NCBI RefSeq assembly: GCF_009914755.1
Contig: NC_060947.1
Reading direction: 5' to 3' (one strand)
Length of the DNA stretch: 64,000 bases
DNA from: the human T2T-CHM13v2.0 reference genome, Homo sapiens
Positions within the stretch are counted from its first letter, which is position 1. Every line of letters begins with the position of its first letter. The position numbers and the translations under genes are program-made. Below the pieces are notes generated by a model that saw nothing but the letters and a program-made list of their open reading frames with translations, did no database searches and was not told where the DNA came from. This document shows positions 15,100-27,118 of the stretch, piece by piece.

Positions 15100-17320
15100 T
15101 CATTCATGATGAAAACCATTAACAAACTGGGCATAGAAGGAACATATCTCAAAATAATAAAGGCCAAATATGACCAACTCAGGGCCAACATCATACTAAA
15201 TGAGAAAAAGTTTAAAGTGTTTCCTCTAAGAACTAGAACAAGATAAAGATGTCTACTTTCACCACTCCTATTCGATATAGTACTGGTAGTCATAGCCAGA
15301 GCAATCAGGGAAGAGAAAGAAAGAAAAGGCATCCAAATTGAGAAGGAGGAAGTCAAATGTCCCTGTTTGAGATGACATAATCTTATATGTAGAAAAACCA
15401 ATAGCCTCCAGCAGAAACTCTTAGATTTGATAAATGAATTTAGTAAAGTTGCAGACTACAAAATCAATGTACAAAAATCAGTAGTGTTTTATACACAAAT
15501 AATCATCTAGCTGAGGATGAAATCAAGAAGGCAATTTCATGTGCATTAGCAGAAATAAAATAAAATAAAATAAAATACCTAGGAATAAATTTAACAAAGG
15601 AGATGAATGAGGAAAACTACAAAACACAGATGAAAGAAATTGTATATGACTTAAACAATGTATATGAAAACATGATGTTTTCATCATGGGATGAAAAACA
15701 TCCCATGATCATGGATCAGAAGAACAAATATCATTAGAATGACCATACCACCCAAAGCAATCTACAGATTCAATGCAATCTCTATCAGAATATCAAAGTC
15801 ATTTTTCAGAGAAATGGAAAAAATAACCTGAAAATTATGAAACCAAAAAAGAGCCCAAATAGCAAAAGTAATCCTAAGCAAAAAGAACAAAGTTGGAGGC
15901 AGCACATTACCTGACTTCAAAGTATATTACAAGACTATAGTAACCAAAGCAGCATGGTAGTGGTATAAAAGTAGACACATAGATCAATGGAACAGAATAA
16001 AAAACCCAGAAATAAAGCCATATATTTATAGCTAACTGATCTTTAACATAGCTGACAAGAACATACATTGAGAAAAGGACTTTTTTTTTTCAATAAATTG
16101 TGCTGGGAAAATCAGATTACCATATGCAGAAGAATGAAACTGGACCCCTATCTTACACCATATAGAAAAATCAGCTCAAGATGGTTTAAAGACTTAAATG
16201 TAAGACTCAAAACTATAAAAATCCTGTAAGAAGACTCTTCCGGACATTGATCTAGGCAAATAACTTATTACAAAGACCTCAAATACACAAGCAACATAAA
16301 CAAAAATAGACAAATGGGTCTTAATTAAACTAAAAAGCTTCTCCATAGCAAAAATAAACATCAACAGACAGAACAGACAACCTGCAGAGGGGAAAAATAT
16401 GTGCAAATCAAACTATTTACCCAACAGAGGACAATATCCAGAATATAAAAGGAACTCTAACACCTCAACAACAACAACAACAACAACCTCATTAAAAACT
16501 GGGCAAAGGACATGAATAGACATTTTTCAAAAGAAGACATACAAATGGCCAACAGATATATGAAAAAGTGCTCAATATTACTAATCATCAGAGAAATGCA
16601 AATTAAAACCACAGTGAGATAGCATCTTACCTCAGTCAGAATGGGTATTATTAAAAAGGCAGAAAATAACAGATGTTGGCAAGTATTCAGAGAAAAGGGA
16701 ACACTTTTGCAATGTCGGTGGGAATGTAAGTTAGTAAAACCTCTGTGGAAATAGTGTGGAGATTTCTCAAAGAATTAAAGTAGAACTACCATTCAATCCA
16801 GCAATCCCACTACTGAATATCATATTCAAAGGAACAGAAACCAATTTAACTATTAATTTAAAAAACCCCTGCATTTGTGTGTTTATCACAGCACTATTCA
16901 TAATAGAAAAGATCAATCTAAGTATCCATCAATGGATGATTGGGTAAGTAAAAGGTGGTATATATACAAAATGGAAAACTATTCAGCCATAAAAAGAATG
17001 AAATCATGTCTTCTGTAGCAACACGAATTGAACTGGAGGTCATTATCTTAAGTGAAAAAAGTCAGACACAGAAGTCAAATATCATATTCTCATTCATAAG
17101 CGAGTGCTAAAAAAAGTGTACACGTGGACGTAGAGGGTGAGATCATAGACAATGGAGACTAGGAAGGGTGAGGAGATGAGAGGAAGGTTGATGATGATAA
17201 ATTACTTCATAGTTACAATGTACATTATTTGGTTGATGAAGACTCTGAAGCCCTGATATGAGCACTATACAAACTATGCAAGTAATAAAAGTTACTTACA
17301 CCTCATGAATATATGCGAAA
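15100..17320 (+). mobile_element. L1PB4-like 3' half
   Basis: Degenerate ORF2 from RT to C-terminus, then an L1PB4-type 3' UTR (acaatgtacattatttggttgatg...). Confidence 0.82.
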
Positions 17321-17559
17321 ACGAATATTATCAGTAAGAGATTAGCAGAAGTTCTCAAAGGGCCAATACTTCTCTGGAAAGATGTTGAGGAATAGAGGTA
17401 AAACCAGAAATGAAGATTCATATTCGCCTGTCACACAGTAATGAGTTTTTAAAGTTGACTGTGTGGCCAAGGTAACAAGGACATACTGACTCTCATAGAT
17501 TGTTGATTTGAGTAAATGTTGGTATAGCTTCTGTTGGGACGTTGGTAAAATTTCCTGAC

Positions 17560-17873
17560 GTTTTATTTTTATTTTTTATATATTAATTTTTTTGAGATGG
17601 AGTTTCACTGTCACCCAGGCTAGAGTGCAGTGCAGCAATCTAGACTCACCACAACCTCCGCCTCCTGGGTTCAAGCAATTCTCATGCCTCAGCCTCCCGA
17701 GTAGCTGAGATTACGGGCGAGCACCACCATGCCTGGCTAATTTTTATATTTTTAGCAGAGACGAGGTTTCTCCATGTTGGCCTGGCTGGTCTCGAACTCC
17801 TGACCTCAGGTGATCCACCCACCTCAACCTCCCAAAGTGCTAGGATTACAGGCATGAGCCAGTGCGCCCCGCC
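17560..17873 (-). mobile_element. AluSx-like
   Basis: Antisense Alu; degenerate TSD atttcctgacgtttta / atttcttgaagtttta. Confidence 0.92.
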
Positions 17874-18068
17874 AGCATTTCTTGAAGTTTTAAATGTGTG
17901 TACATTGATCCAGTAATTCCAGTTCTGAATAAATACCTTAAAAATCACTAGCAGTGTGCTTGGTGATGTGTAGGTTTTTAAAATGATGTTCAACACAAGA
18001 TTGTTTGCTACAGAAAACATTTTGACTGAAATGCTAAGATTTGTTACTATGAAGAGCAAACGGTGATT

Positions 18069-18249
18069 TTATGTTTTTACTCCATCTTCCTCTGTTCTGT
18101 TTGAACTTTTTAAAAGTCTTGCAAAACCGTTTGGCATTTCAAAATACATCTGAAAATCTTTTATTGTCTTGAGAATTTGTTCAAGCTGGATAAGTGAATT
18201 CAGTGGATTTTTATTGGTTTTATTGCCTTTCTGTAATTTGTTGCTGGGA
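18069..18249 (-). pseudogene. Candidate terminal coding exon (PSNKLQKG...EDGVKT*)
   Basis: Acceptor ttatttccctag, then 59 open codons to TAA at 18069-18071; phase matches the upstream exon. Confidence 0.6.
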
Positions 18250-18410
18250 CTAGGGAAATAACAGTAGTTGAAAATATTATCTAGAGTGCCAGATATTGAC
18301 ATTTATTAAAAAGATATTTAAATGATGCTATTTATGGAAGTCTTGCAGTTTTGGGAAATGCTTTCTGTGCCAGCAAAACTTCTTGCTATGTCAAGTTTAA
18401 AATCATATAC

Positions 18411-18472
18411 CTCTGTGGATGTTTGAGGCTGTACACTAGCAGTCTTGCCATGGTATCACGCACAGAGAATGA
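18411..18472 (-). pseudogene. Candidate exon SFSVRDTMARLLVYSLKHPQ
   Basis: Polypyrimidine acceptor ctcttttctcatttctatcctaaaag, donor AG|gtatat. Only one frame is open (phase 0 to 2). Confidence 0.6.
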
Positions 18473-18695
18473 CTTTTAGGATAGAAATGAGAAAAGAGCT
18501 GGAAATCGGAAGTGGTATCTTTTGACAAGTGAATATATCCAATTTATGCACTGTACTCTGGAACTAAAGGAAAAGTAATGGAAATTTCTTTCATATTCAG
18601 ATTCAACCAGGCTTATAAAATTACTACCATCATATCAGTGTTGAGAGGCAGAATAATTTCATAAACAGAAAGCAGGCTTAAGAACTTATCTTGCA

Positions 18696-19064
<369 letters not shown>

Positions 19065-19170
19065 TTATATGTGTCCACAACATTGAAAGGTATTTTAATT
19101 TTGTCACAGTAAATATATGAATCAGGTAATATGTTTTTTAAAAAGAAGTCTAAACAACTCCACTACTTAC

Positions 19171-19213
19171 AAGTACACAGTGACTAAAGGGTAAGGACCT
19201 CATCAAGAGAAGG
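19171..19213 (-). pseudogene. Candidate exon PSLDEVLTL*SLCT with in-frame TAG
   Basis: Acceptor gcatttcag, donor CTT|gtaagt; phase 0 to 1; TAG at 19184-19186. Confidence 0.55.
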
Positions 19214-19241
19214 CTGAAATGCCAGTGCAGATTAGACCAGA

Positions 19242-19244
<3 letters not shown>

Positions 19245-19287
<43 letters not shown>

Positions 19288-19380
19288 CCAGAATAAATAC
19301 ATTGTGTGTGTGTCTGTATATATATGTGTGTATATACACATATATACACACGTAACATATATATATTTATATTTATACAC
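19245..19380. repeat. (TA)n and (TG/TA) microsatellites
   Basis: Direct reading. Confidence 0.9.
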
Positions 19381-20106
19381 ACACCACATTTTAATCTATT
19401 CATCTGTTGATGGATAGAAGTTGATTCAATGTAAGGCCTACTGTGAATACTGCTGCAATAAATGTGGAAGTGCAGTTATCTCTTCAATATACTGACTTTA
19501 TTTCCTTTGGATATATACCCAGTAGTGGGATTGTTGGATCATATGATAGTTCTGTTTCTAACATTTTAAGGAAACTTTATAGTGTTGGCCATGGAGGTTG
19601 TACAAATTTACATTATCACTAACAGTGTATAAGTGTTCCCCTTTTCTCCACATCCCCAGCATCTCCTTTTTTTTTTTTTTTTTTTTTGGTTTTTGATAAT
19701 AGCCGTTCTGACTAGGGTGAGATCATATCTCATTATAGTTTTGAATAGCATTTCCCTCACGATTAGTGATGTTAGCATTTTTTTCATAGACTTGTTGGCC
19801 ATTTGCATGTCTTCTTTTGAGAAATGTCTACTCAGACCTTTCTTTTTGCTATTGAGTTTGAGTTTCTTATATATTCTGGATATTACCCCCTTGTCAGATG
19901 TATAGTTTTTAAATATTTTTCTCCCACTCTGTGGGTTGTCTCTTCACTCTGTTAATTGTTTACTTTGCTGTGCAGAAGCCTTCTACTTTGACATAGTTCC
20001 ACTTGTCTATTCTTGCTTTTGGTGTTTGTGCTTTTTTGGTAGTATCCAAAAAATTCCTTGCCCAGACCAATATCATGAAGCGTTTCTTCTATGTGTTTTT
20101 TTTGTA

Positions 20107-20686
20107 TAGTAAGTCCTCACTTAACATCATTGATAGGTTCTTGGAAACTGTGACTTTAAGTGAAATGACATTTAATGAAACCAATTTTACCATATGCTAA
20201 TGTATATAAGCAAGAGTTAAATTCCTATGGCATATTTTTGTTTCTATAAGCATTATCAAACTTCTAAATAGTCACCAAAATACTTATTATAATATTAAAT
20301 ATCAAAATAAATGTGAGCTATACATAACACTTAAGAAAGACTAATGAAAACAAGTAGGATAATTATTTTACCAAGTATTCCAGTTCAGAGTTGCAGGTAG
20401 CCCAGGGCCTATCCTTCAATTCAGGTTGCAAGACGAGAACCAAACCTGGACAGAACACCTTTCCATTGCTGTGTGCTCTCATGCACACACCCACACTAAC
20501 TCATACTGGGGCAATTTAGATACACTAGTTAAACAAATGTGCACATATTTGGGATGTAAGAGGAAACTGAAGTATCTGGGAAAAAACTCACAGACACTGG
20601 CCCCAGCGAGGAATGGATTTTTTTTTTCTCATCTATGCTATGAGTAAACAATGTTGAAAGAAATGACATTATTAAACGACCTGCTG
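20107..20686 (+). mobile_element. MER82 (TcMar-Tigger) DNA transposon
   Basis: Starts tagtaagtcctcacttaac...gataggttcttggaaactg and ends gacctgctg; flanked by TA dinucleotides. Confidence 0.8.
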
Positions 20687-22079
20687 TAGTTTCATTGTTT
20701 GGGTCTTAAATGTAAGTCTCCTATCCATTTTGAGTTGATTTTTGTAAGTGGTGAAAAATAAGGATCTAATTTCATTCTTCTGCATATGGATATCCAATTT
20801 TCCTAAAATCATGATTTGACTAGACTATCCTCTTCCCAATGTGGGTTCTTGGCACCTTTGTTGAAAATTAATTGGTTGTAAAGGTGTTAATTTATAATTA
20901 TAATTGTTAATACAATAAGTTTTCTATTCTTTTCCATTGGACTATGTGTTTTCTGTTTCTTCATGAAAATCTTGGTAGGCTTTATGTAACTATGAATTTA
21001 TCAATTTCTTGTAGATTTTCCAATTTGTTGACATATAGTTATTCTTAAGGATAATTATTTGTTAATAATACCTTTAATGATCCTTTGTATTTCTGTGGTA
21101 TCAGTTGTGATGTCTCCTTTTCATCTCTGATTTTACTTATTTGAGCAGTCTCTTATTCTTAGCTGAGCTATAGGTTTGTCGGTTTCGTTTACTTTTTCAA
21201 AAAACAACTCTTCATTTCGTTGATCTTTTGTATTAAACTTTTAGTCTCTATTTTGTTTATTTCTGCTCTGATATATATTATTGCTTACTACTAATTTGAG
21301 GTTTGGTTTGTTCTTGTTTCTTTTATTTACATGAGGTGCAATTATAGATTGTTTATTTGAGATCTTTCTATTTTTATTATGTAGGTGTTTACTGCCATAA
21401 ACTTCCCTCTTAGAACAGCTTTTGCTGTTTATCATACATTTTAGTATGTTGTGTTTCCAGTTTTCGTTTTTCATTGACACACTGGTAGTTCAGGGGCATG
21501 TGGTTTAATTTCCATGTTTTTGCATATTTTTCAAAGTTCCTCCTCTTATAGATTTCTAGTTTTATTTCATTGTCTTTAGAAAGCATAATTGATATGATTT
21601 TATTTTTTTAAATTCTTAGCACTTATTATTTGATTCAACATATTATCTATTCTGGAGAATGTTCCATGTGCTGTTGAGAAGAATGTGTATTCTGTGGCTG
21701 TTGGATGGAATGTTTTGTAAATATCTGTTAAGTTTATTTGGTCTATAGTGTGATTGACTCTGATGTTTCCTTGTTGATTTTCTGTATGGATGATCTCCCT
21801 TACTGCTGAAAGAGCAATATAGAATTTTGCTATTAATGTATTGCAATCTATTCTTCCTTTAATTCTATTAATATTGGCATATTGGTATATAAATATTTAT
21901 TGTTCCAGTGTTGGGTGCACATATAATTGGTAAATTCTCTTGCTATGTTGATAACTATATCACTATATAATAACTTTCTTTGCCTATTTTTACAGCTTTT
22001 GGCTTTAAAAGTCTATTTTATCTGATACTAGTATTGCTATTCCTGCTCTTTTTTTGTTTCCGTTTGCATGAAATGTTTT

Positions 22080-22396
22080 TCTGTTTGTTTGTTTGTTCTT
22101 ATTTTTGTTTTTTGGAGATGGAGTCTTGCTCTGTCCCCTAGCTGGAGTGCTGTGGCACAATCTTGGCTCAAAGTGACCTCCGCCACCCAGGTTCAAGCGA
22201 TTCTCCCACCCTAGCCTCCCGAGTAACTGGAATTACAGGCACCTGCCATCACACCCGGCTAAGTTTTGCATTTTTAGTAGAGACAAGGTTTCATCATGTT
22301 GGCCAGGCTGGTCTTGAACTCCTGATCTCAGGTGATCTGCCCGCCTCGGCCTCCCAAAGTGCTGGGATTACAGGTGTGAGCCACCACACTAGGCCT
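22080..22396 (-). mobile_element. AluSx-like
   Basis: Antisense Alu with (GTTT)n tail. Confidence 0.9.
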
Positions 22397-22497
22397 GAAA
22401 TACTCTTTTTCATCTTTCAGTGTATGCATGTCCTTACAGATGAAGGAATTTTTCTTGTAAGCAGTATATAGTTAGGTCAATGTAGCCATGCTATGGC

Positions 22498-22812
22498 TTT
22501 TTTTTTTTTTTTTTTTTTTTTGGAGATGGAATCTCGCTCTGTCACCCAGGCTGGAGTGCCCCAGGCTGGAGTGCAGTTGCGTGATCTCACTGCCAGATCT
22601 GCCTCCCGGGTTCACACCATTCTCCTGCCTCAGCCTCCCGAGTAGCTGGGACTACAGGGGCCCGCCACCATGCCCAGCTAATTTTTGTATTTTTAGTAGA
22701 GACGGGGTTTCACTGTGTTAGCCAGTATGGTCTTGATCTCCTGACCTTGTGATCCACCCGCCTTGGCCTCCCAGAGTTCCTGGATTATAGGCGTGAGCCA
22801 CCACACCCAGCC
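22498..22812 (-). mobile_element. AluY-like
   Basis: ttcacaccattctcc and gtgttagccag motifs; TSD gctatggctttt (22490-22501, 22813-22824). Confidence 0.92.
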
Positions 22813-23691
22813 GCTATGGCTTTTAATAGGAGAATTTAATCCATTTATATTCAAGGTAATTATTGATAGGTAAGGGCTTACTACTACCATTTTGTTACTT
22901 GATTTTTAGTTGTCTTTTTGATACTTTCTTTCTTCCTCTCTTAAAGCAATCCTTTGTAGTGAAATGACTTTTTCCAGTAGTGTGTTTAGGTGCCTTACAT
23001 TTTATTTTAAGTGTATCTACTATAGATTTTTGCTCTGTGGTTACTGTGGGGCTTACAAAATTATCCTTTTGTTATAATAAGTTATTGTAAAATGATAACA
23101 ATTTAACTTTGATCACAAAAAGAAACAGAAAAAGTACATTTAACTCAATTTTTCTCACCATATTTTGAATTATTTTCATTTTATAGTGTTTTAATGTTGC
23201 TTATCTCTTAACAAATTATCATAGTTATTACTTGTAATAGTTTTATCTTTTAATCTTTTTACTGAAGATATAAGTGCTTTACAAATCACAATTATGACAT
23301 TAACAATAATTTTAGCATCCTTTTCTTTCAGTTTGAAGAACCCCTTTTAGCATTTCTCTCCTTCACTTCTGAAGGAGAATTGTACTGGGTACGGTATTCT
23401 TGGTTGGAAGCTATTTTTTTTCTTTAGCACTCTGATTACATCATGCCACACCCTACCGGCCTGTAAGGTTTCTCTATTGAGAAGTCTGCTCTCAGACATA
23501 TTGGATCTCCTACATGAGTTATTTACTTATTTTCTCTCAATTTGCATTCAGGATCCTTTCTTTGTATTTGACCCTTGAAAATTTGATTTTAATATGTCTT
23601 GGAGTATTCTTATTTATGTTGAAACTGATTGGTGGCCTTTAACCTCCTTGTATCTGAATATTTATCCAGGTTTGGGAAATTTTCTATTACT

Positions 23692-25010
23692 ATTTATTTA
23701 CAAACTTATATTTTTGGTTCAGAGGTACATGTTCAGGCTTGTTTTATATGTAAATTGCATGCCACGGAGGTTTGGTGTACAGATTATTTCATTACCCACC
23801 TAATAAGCATAGAACCCAATAGGTAGTTTTCCAATCCTCACCATAATTCCATCCTCTACCCTCAAGTAGTCCATGGTGTCTGTTGTTCCCTTCTTTGTGT
23901 CTATATATACTCAACATTTAGCTCCCACATATAAGTGAGAACATGTGGTATTTGGTTTTCTCTTCCTGTGTTAGTTTGCTTAGGATAATGGCCTTCAGCT
24001 GCATCCATATTGTTACAAATGACATGATATCATTCTATCATATGGCTGGGTAGTATTTCATGGTATATATGTGTCACATTTTCTTTATCCTGTCTACCAT
24101 TGATGGGCATCTAGGTTGACTCCATGTCTTTGCTGTTGTGAATAGTGCTGCAATGAATATATGCATGCATGTGTCCTTATGGTAGAATGATTTATATTCC
24201 TTTGCGTGTGTATGCAATAATGGGATAGCTGAGTCAAACAGTAATTCCTTTTTAAGTTCTTTGAGAAATTGCCAAACGATTTTCCTCAATGTCTGAACTA
24301 ATTTACATTCCTACCAGCAGTGCATAAGTGTTCTATTTCCTTCACAACCGCACCAGCATCTGTTACTTTTTGACATTTTAGTAAAAGCCATTCTGTGGCT
24401 GTGATTTAAAAGTCAAAAAATAACATGGTGGTAAGGTTGCATAAAAAAAGGAACACTTACACACTGTTGTTGGAAGTGTAAATTGGTTCAACCATAGTGG
24501 AAAGCCATATGACGATTCCTCATAGAGTTAAAAGCAGAAATACCATTTTTCCCAGCAATCCCATCACTGGATATATACCCAGAGGAATATACATCATTCT
24601 ACCATAAAGAAAGATACATACAAATGTTCATTGCAGCAGTATTCATAATAGCAAAGACATGGAATCTATCTAAATGCCCTTCAATGACAAACTAGGTAAA
24701 GAAAATGCGGTACGTATACACCATGAAATACAATGCAGCTATAAAAAAGAATGAGATCATTTCTTTTGTGGGAACATAGATGGAGCTGGAGGCTATTATC
24801 CTTAGCAAACTAATGCAGGAGCAGAAAAAATAACTAATGAGTACTGGGATTAATACCTGGGTGGTGAAATAATCTGTACAACAAACTGCTGTGACATTAG
24901 TCTTCCTGTCTAACAAACCTCGCCCTGTACCCCTGAACCTAAAATAAAAGTTTAAAAAATAGACAGTCTGTCTGGTGTGAGATGGTGTCGCATTGAGGTT
25001 TTCATTTGCA
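23692..25010 (-). mobile_element. L1PA15/16-like 3' fragment, split by a nested L1
   Basis: Antisense 3' UTR and ORF2 end at 23692-24395, resuming at about 24958. Confidence 0.8.
24396..24958 (+). mobile_element. Nested old L1P 3' fragment
   Basis: ORF2 end plus 3' UTR and aaaataaaagtt tail; degenerate TSD aaaagccattctg / aatagacagtctg. Confidence 0.8.
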
Positions 25011-25046
25011 ATCCTATTTTGTGTGCATGTTAAACTGCATTTTTAA

Positions 25047-25530
<484 letters not shown>

Positions 25531-25763
25531 CTTTTTTTTTTTTGCGACAGAGTTTCACTCTTGTTGCCCAGGCTAAATTGCAATGGCATGATCTCAGCTC
25601 ACTGAAACCTCTACCTCCCAGGTTCAAGCAATTATCTTGCTTCAGCCTCCCGAGTCGCTGGGATTATAGGCCTGCACCACCAGGCCTGGCTAATTTTGTA
25701 TTTTTAGCAGAGACGGGGTTTCTCCATGTTGGTCAGGCTGGTCTTGAACTCCCGACCTCAGGT
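25531..25763 (-). mobile_element. AluSp-like, 5' end lost
   Basis: Ends at ctcccgacctcaggt, fused directly to L1 sequence. Confidence 0.88.
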
Positions 25764-26042
25764 TTTCTGTTCCTGTGTTAGTTTGCTGGGGATGATGGTC
25801 TCCAGCTTCATCCATGTCCCTGCAAAGGACATGAACTCATTCTTTTTGTTGCTGCATAGTATTCTATGGTGTATATGTGCCACATTTTCTTTATCCAGTC
25901 TATCATTGATGGGCATTTGGGTTGGTTCCAAGTCTTTGCTATTAAAAATAGTGCTGCAATAAACATACATATGCATGTATCTTTATAGTAGAATGATTTA
26001 CATTCCTTTGGGTATATACCCAGTAATGGGATTGCTGAGTCA
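25762..26042 (-). mobile_element. L1PA8-like internal fragment
   Basis: Antisense ORF2 C-terminal segment with no 3' UTR. Confidence 0.8.
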
Positions 26043-27118
26043 TGAATAAACCACCAAAAGCAATTTCAACAATAGCCAAAATTGACAAATGGGATCTAAT
26101 TAAACTAAAGGGCTTCTGCTCAGCAAAAGAAACTATCATCAGATTGAACAGGTAACCTACAGAATGGGAGAAAATTTTTGCAATCTATCATCTGACAAAG
26201 GTCTAATATCCAGAATCTACAACAAACATAAACAAATTTACAAAAAACAAACAACCCCATCAAAAAGTGGGTGAAGGATATGAACAGACAGTTCTCAAAA
26301 GAAGATATTTATGCGGCCAACAAACATGAAAAAAAGCTCAACATCACTGGTCATTAGAGAAATGCAAATCAAAACCACAATAAGATACTATCTCACACCA
26401 GTCAGAATGGCCATTATTAAAAAGTCTGGAAACAACAGATGCTGGAGAGGATGTGGAGAAATAGGAATGCTTTTACACTGTTGGGGGGAGTGTAAATTAG
26501 TTTAACCATTGTGGAAGACAGTGTGCCAATTCCATAAGGATATAGAACCAGAAATACCATTTGACCCAGCAATCCCATTACTGGGTATATACCCAAAGGA
26601 TTATAAATCATCCTACTATAAAGACACATGCACATGTATGTTTATTGCAGTACTATTCACAATAGCAAAGACTTGGAACCAACCCAAATGCCCATCAATC
26701 TTAGACTGGATAAAGAAAATGTGGCACATATACACTATGGAATACTATGCAGCCATAAATAAGAATGAGTTCATGTCCTTTGCAGGGACATGCATCAGGC
26801 TGAAAACCATCATTCTCAGCAAACTAACACAGGAACAGAATACCAAACACCACATGTTGTCACTCATAAGTGGGAGCTGAAAAATGAGAACACATGGACA
26901 CAGTTAGGGGAACATTACACACCGGGGCCTGTTCGGGGGTTGGGGGGCAAGGGGAGGGAGGGCATTGGGACAAATACCTAATGCACGCAGAGCGTAAAAC
27001 CTAGATGACATGTTGATAAGTGTAGCAAACCACCATGGCACATGTATACCCATGTAGCAAACCTTCATGTTTAGCACATGTATCCCAGAACTTAAAGTAA
27101 AATAAAATAAAATAAATC
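26040..27118 (+). mobile_element. L1PA7-like 3' fragment
   Basis: ORFs 26311-26505 and 26509-26880 encode the ORF2 C-terminus; 3' UTR and (TAAAA)n tail. Confidence 0.88.

Larger units (their letters stand above)
19380..23690 (-). mobile_element. L1MA-type element (ORF2 3' part, internal deletion near 20950, EN and ORF1 parts)
   Basis: Antisense ORF2 peptides (ORFs 19608-19808, 21643-21846), interrupted by MER82 and two Alus. Confidence 0.75.
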
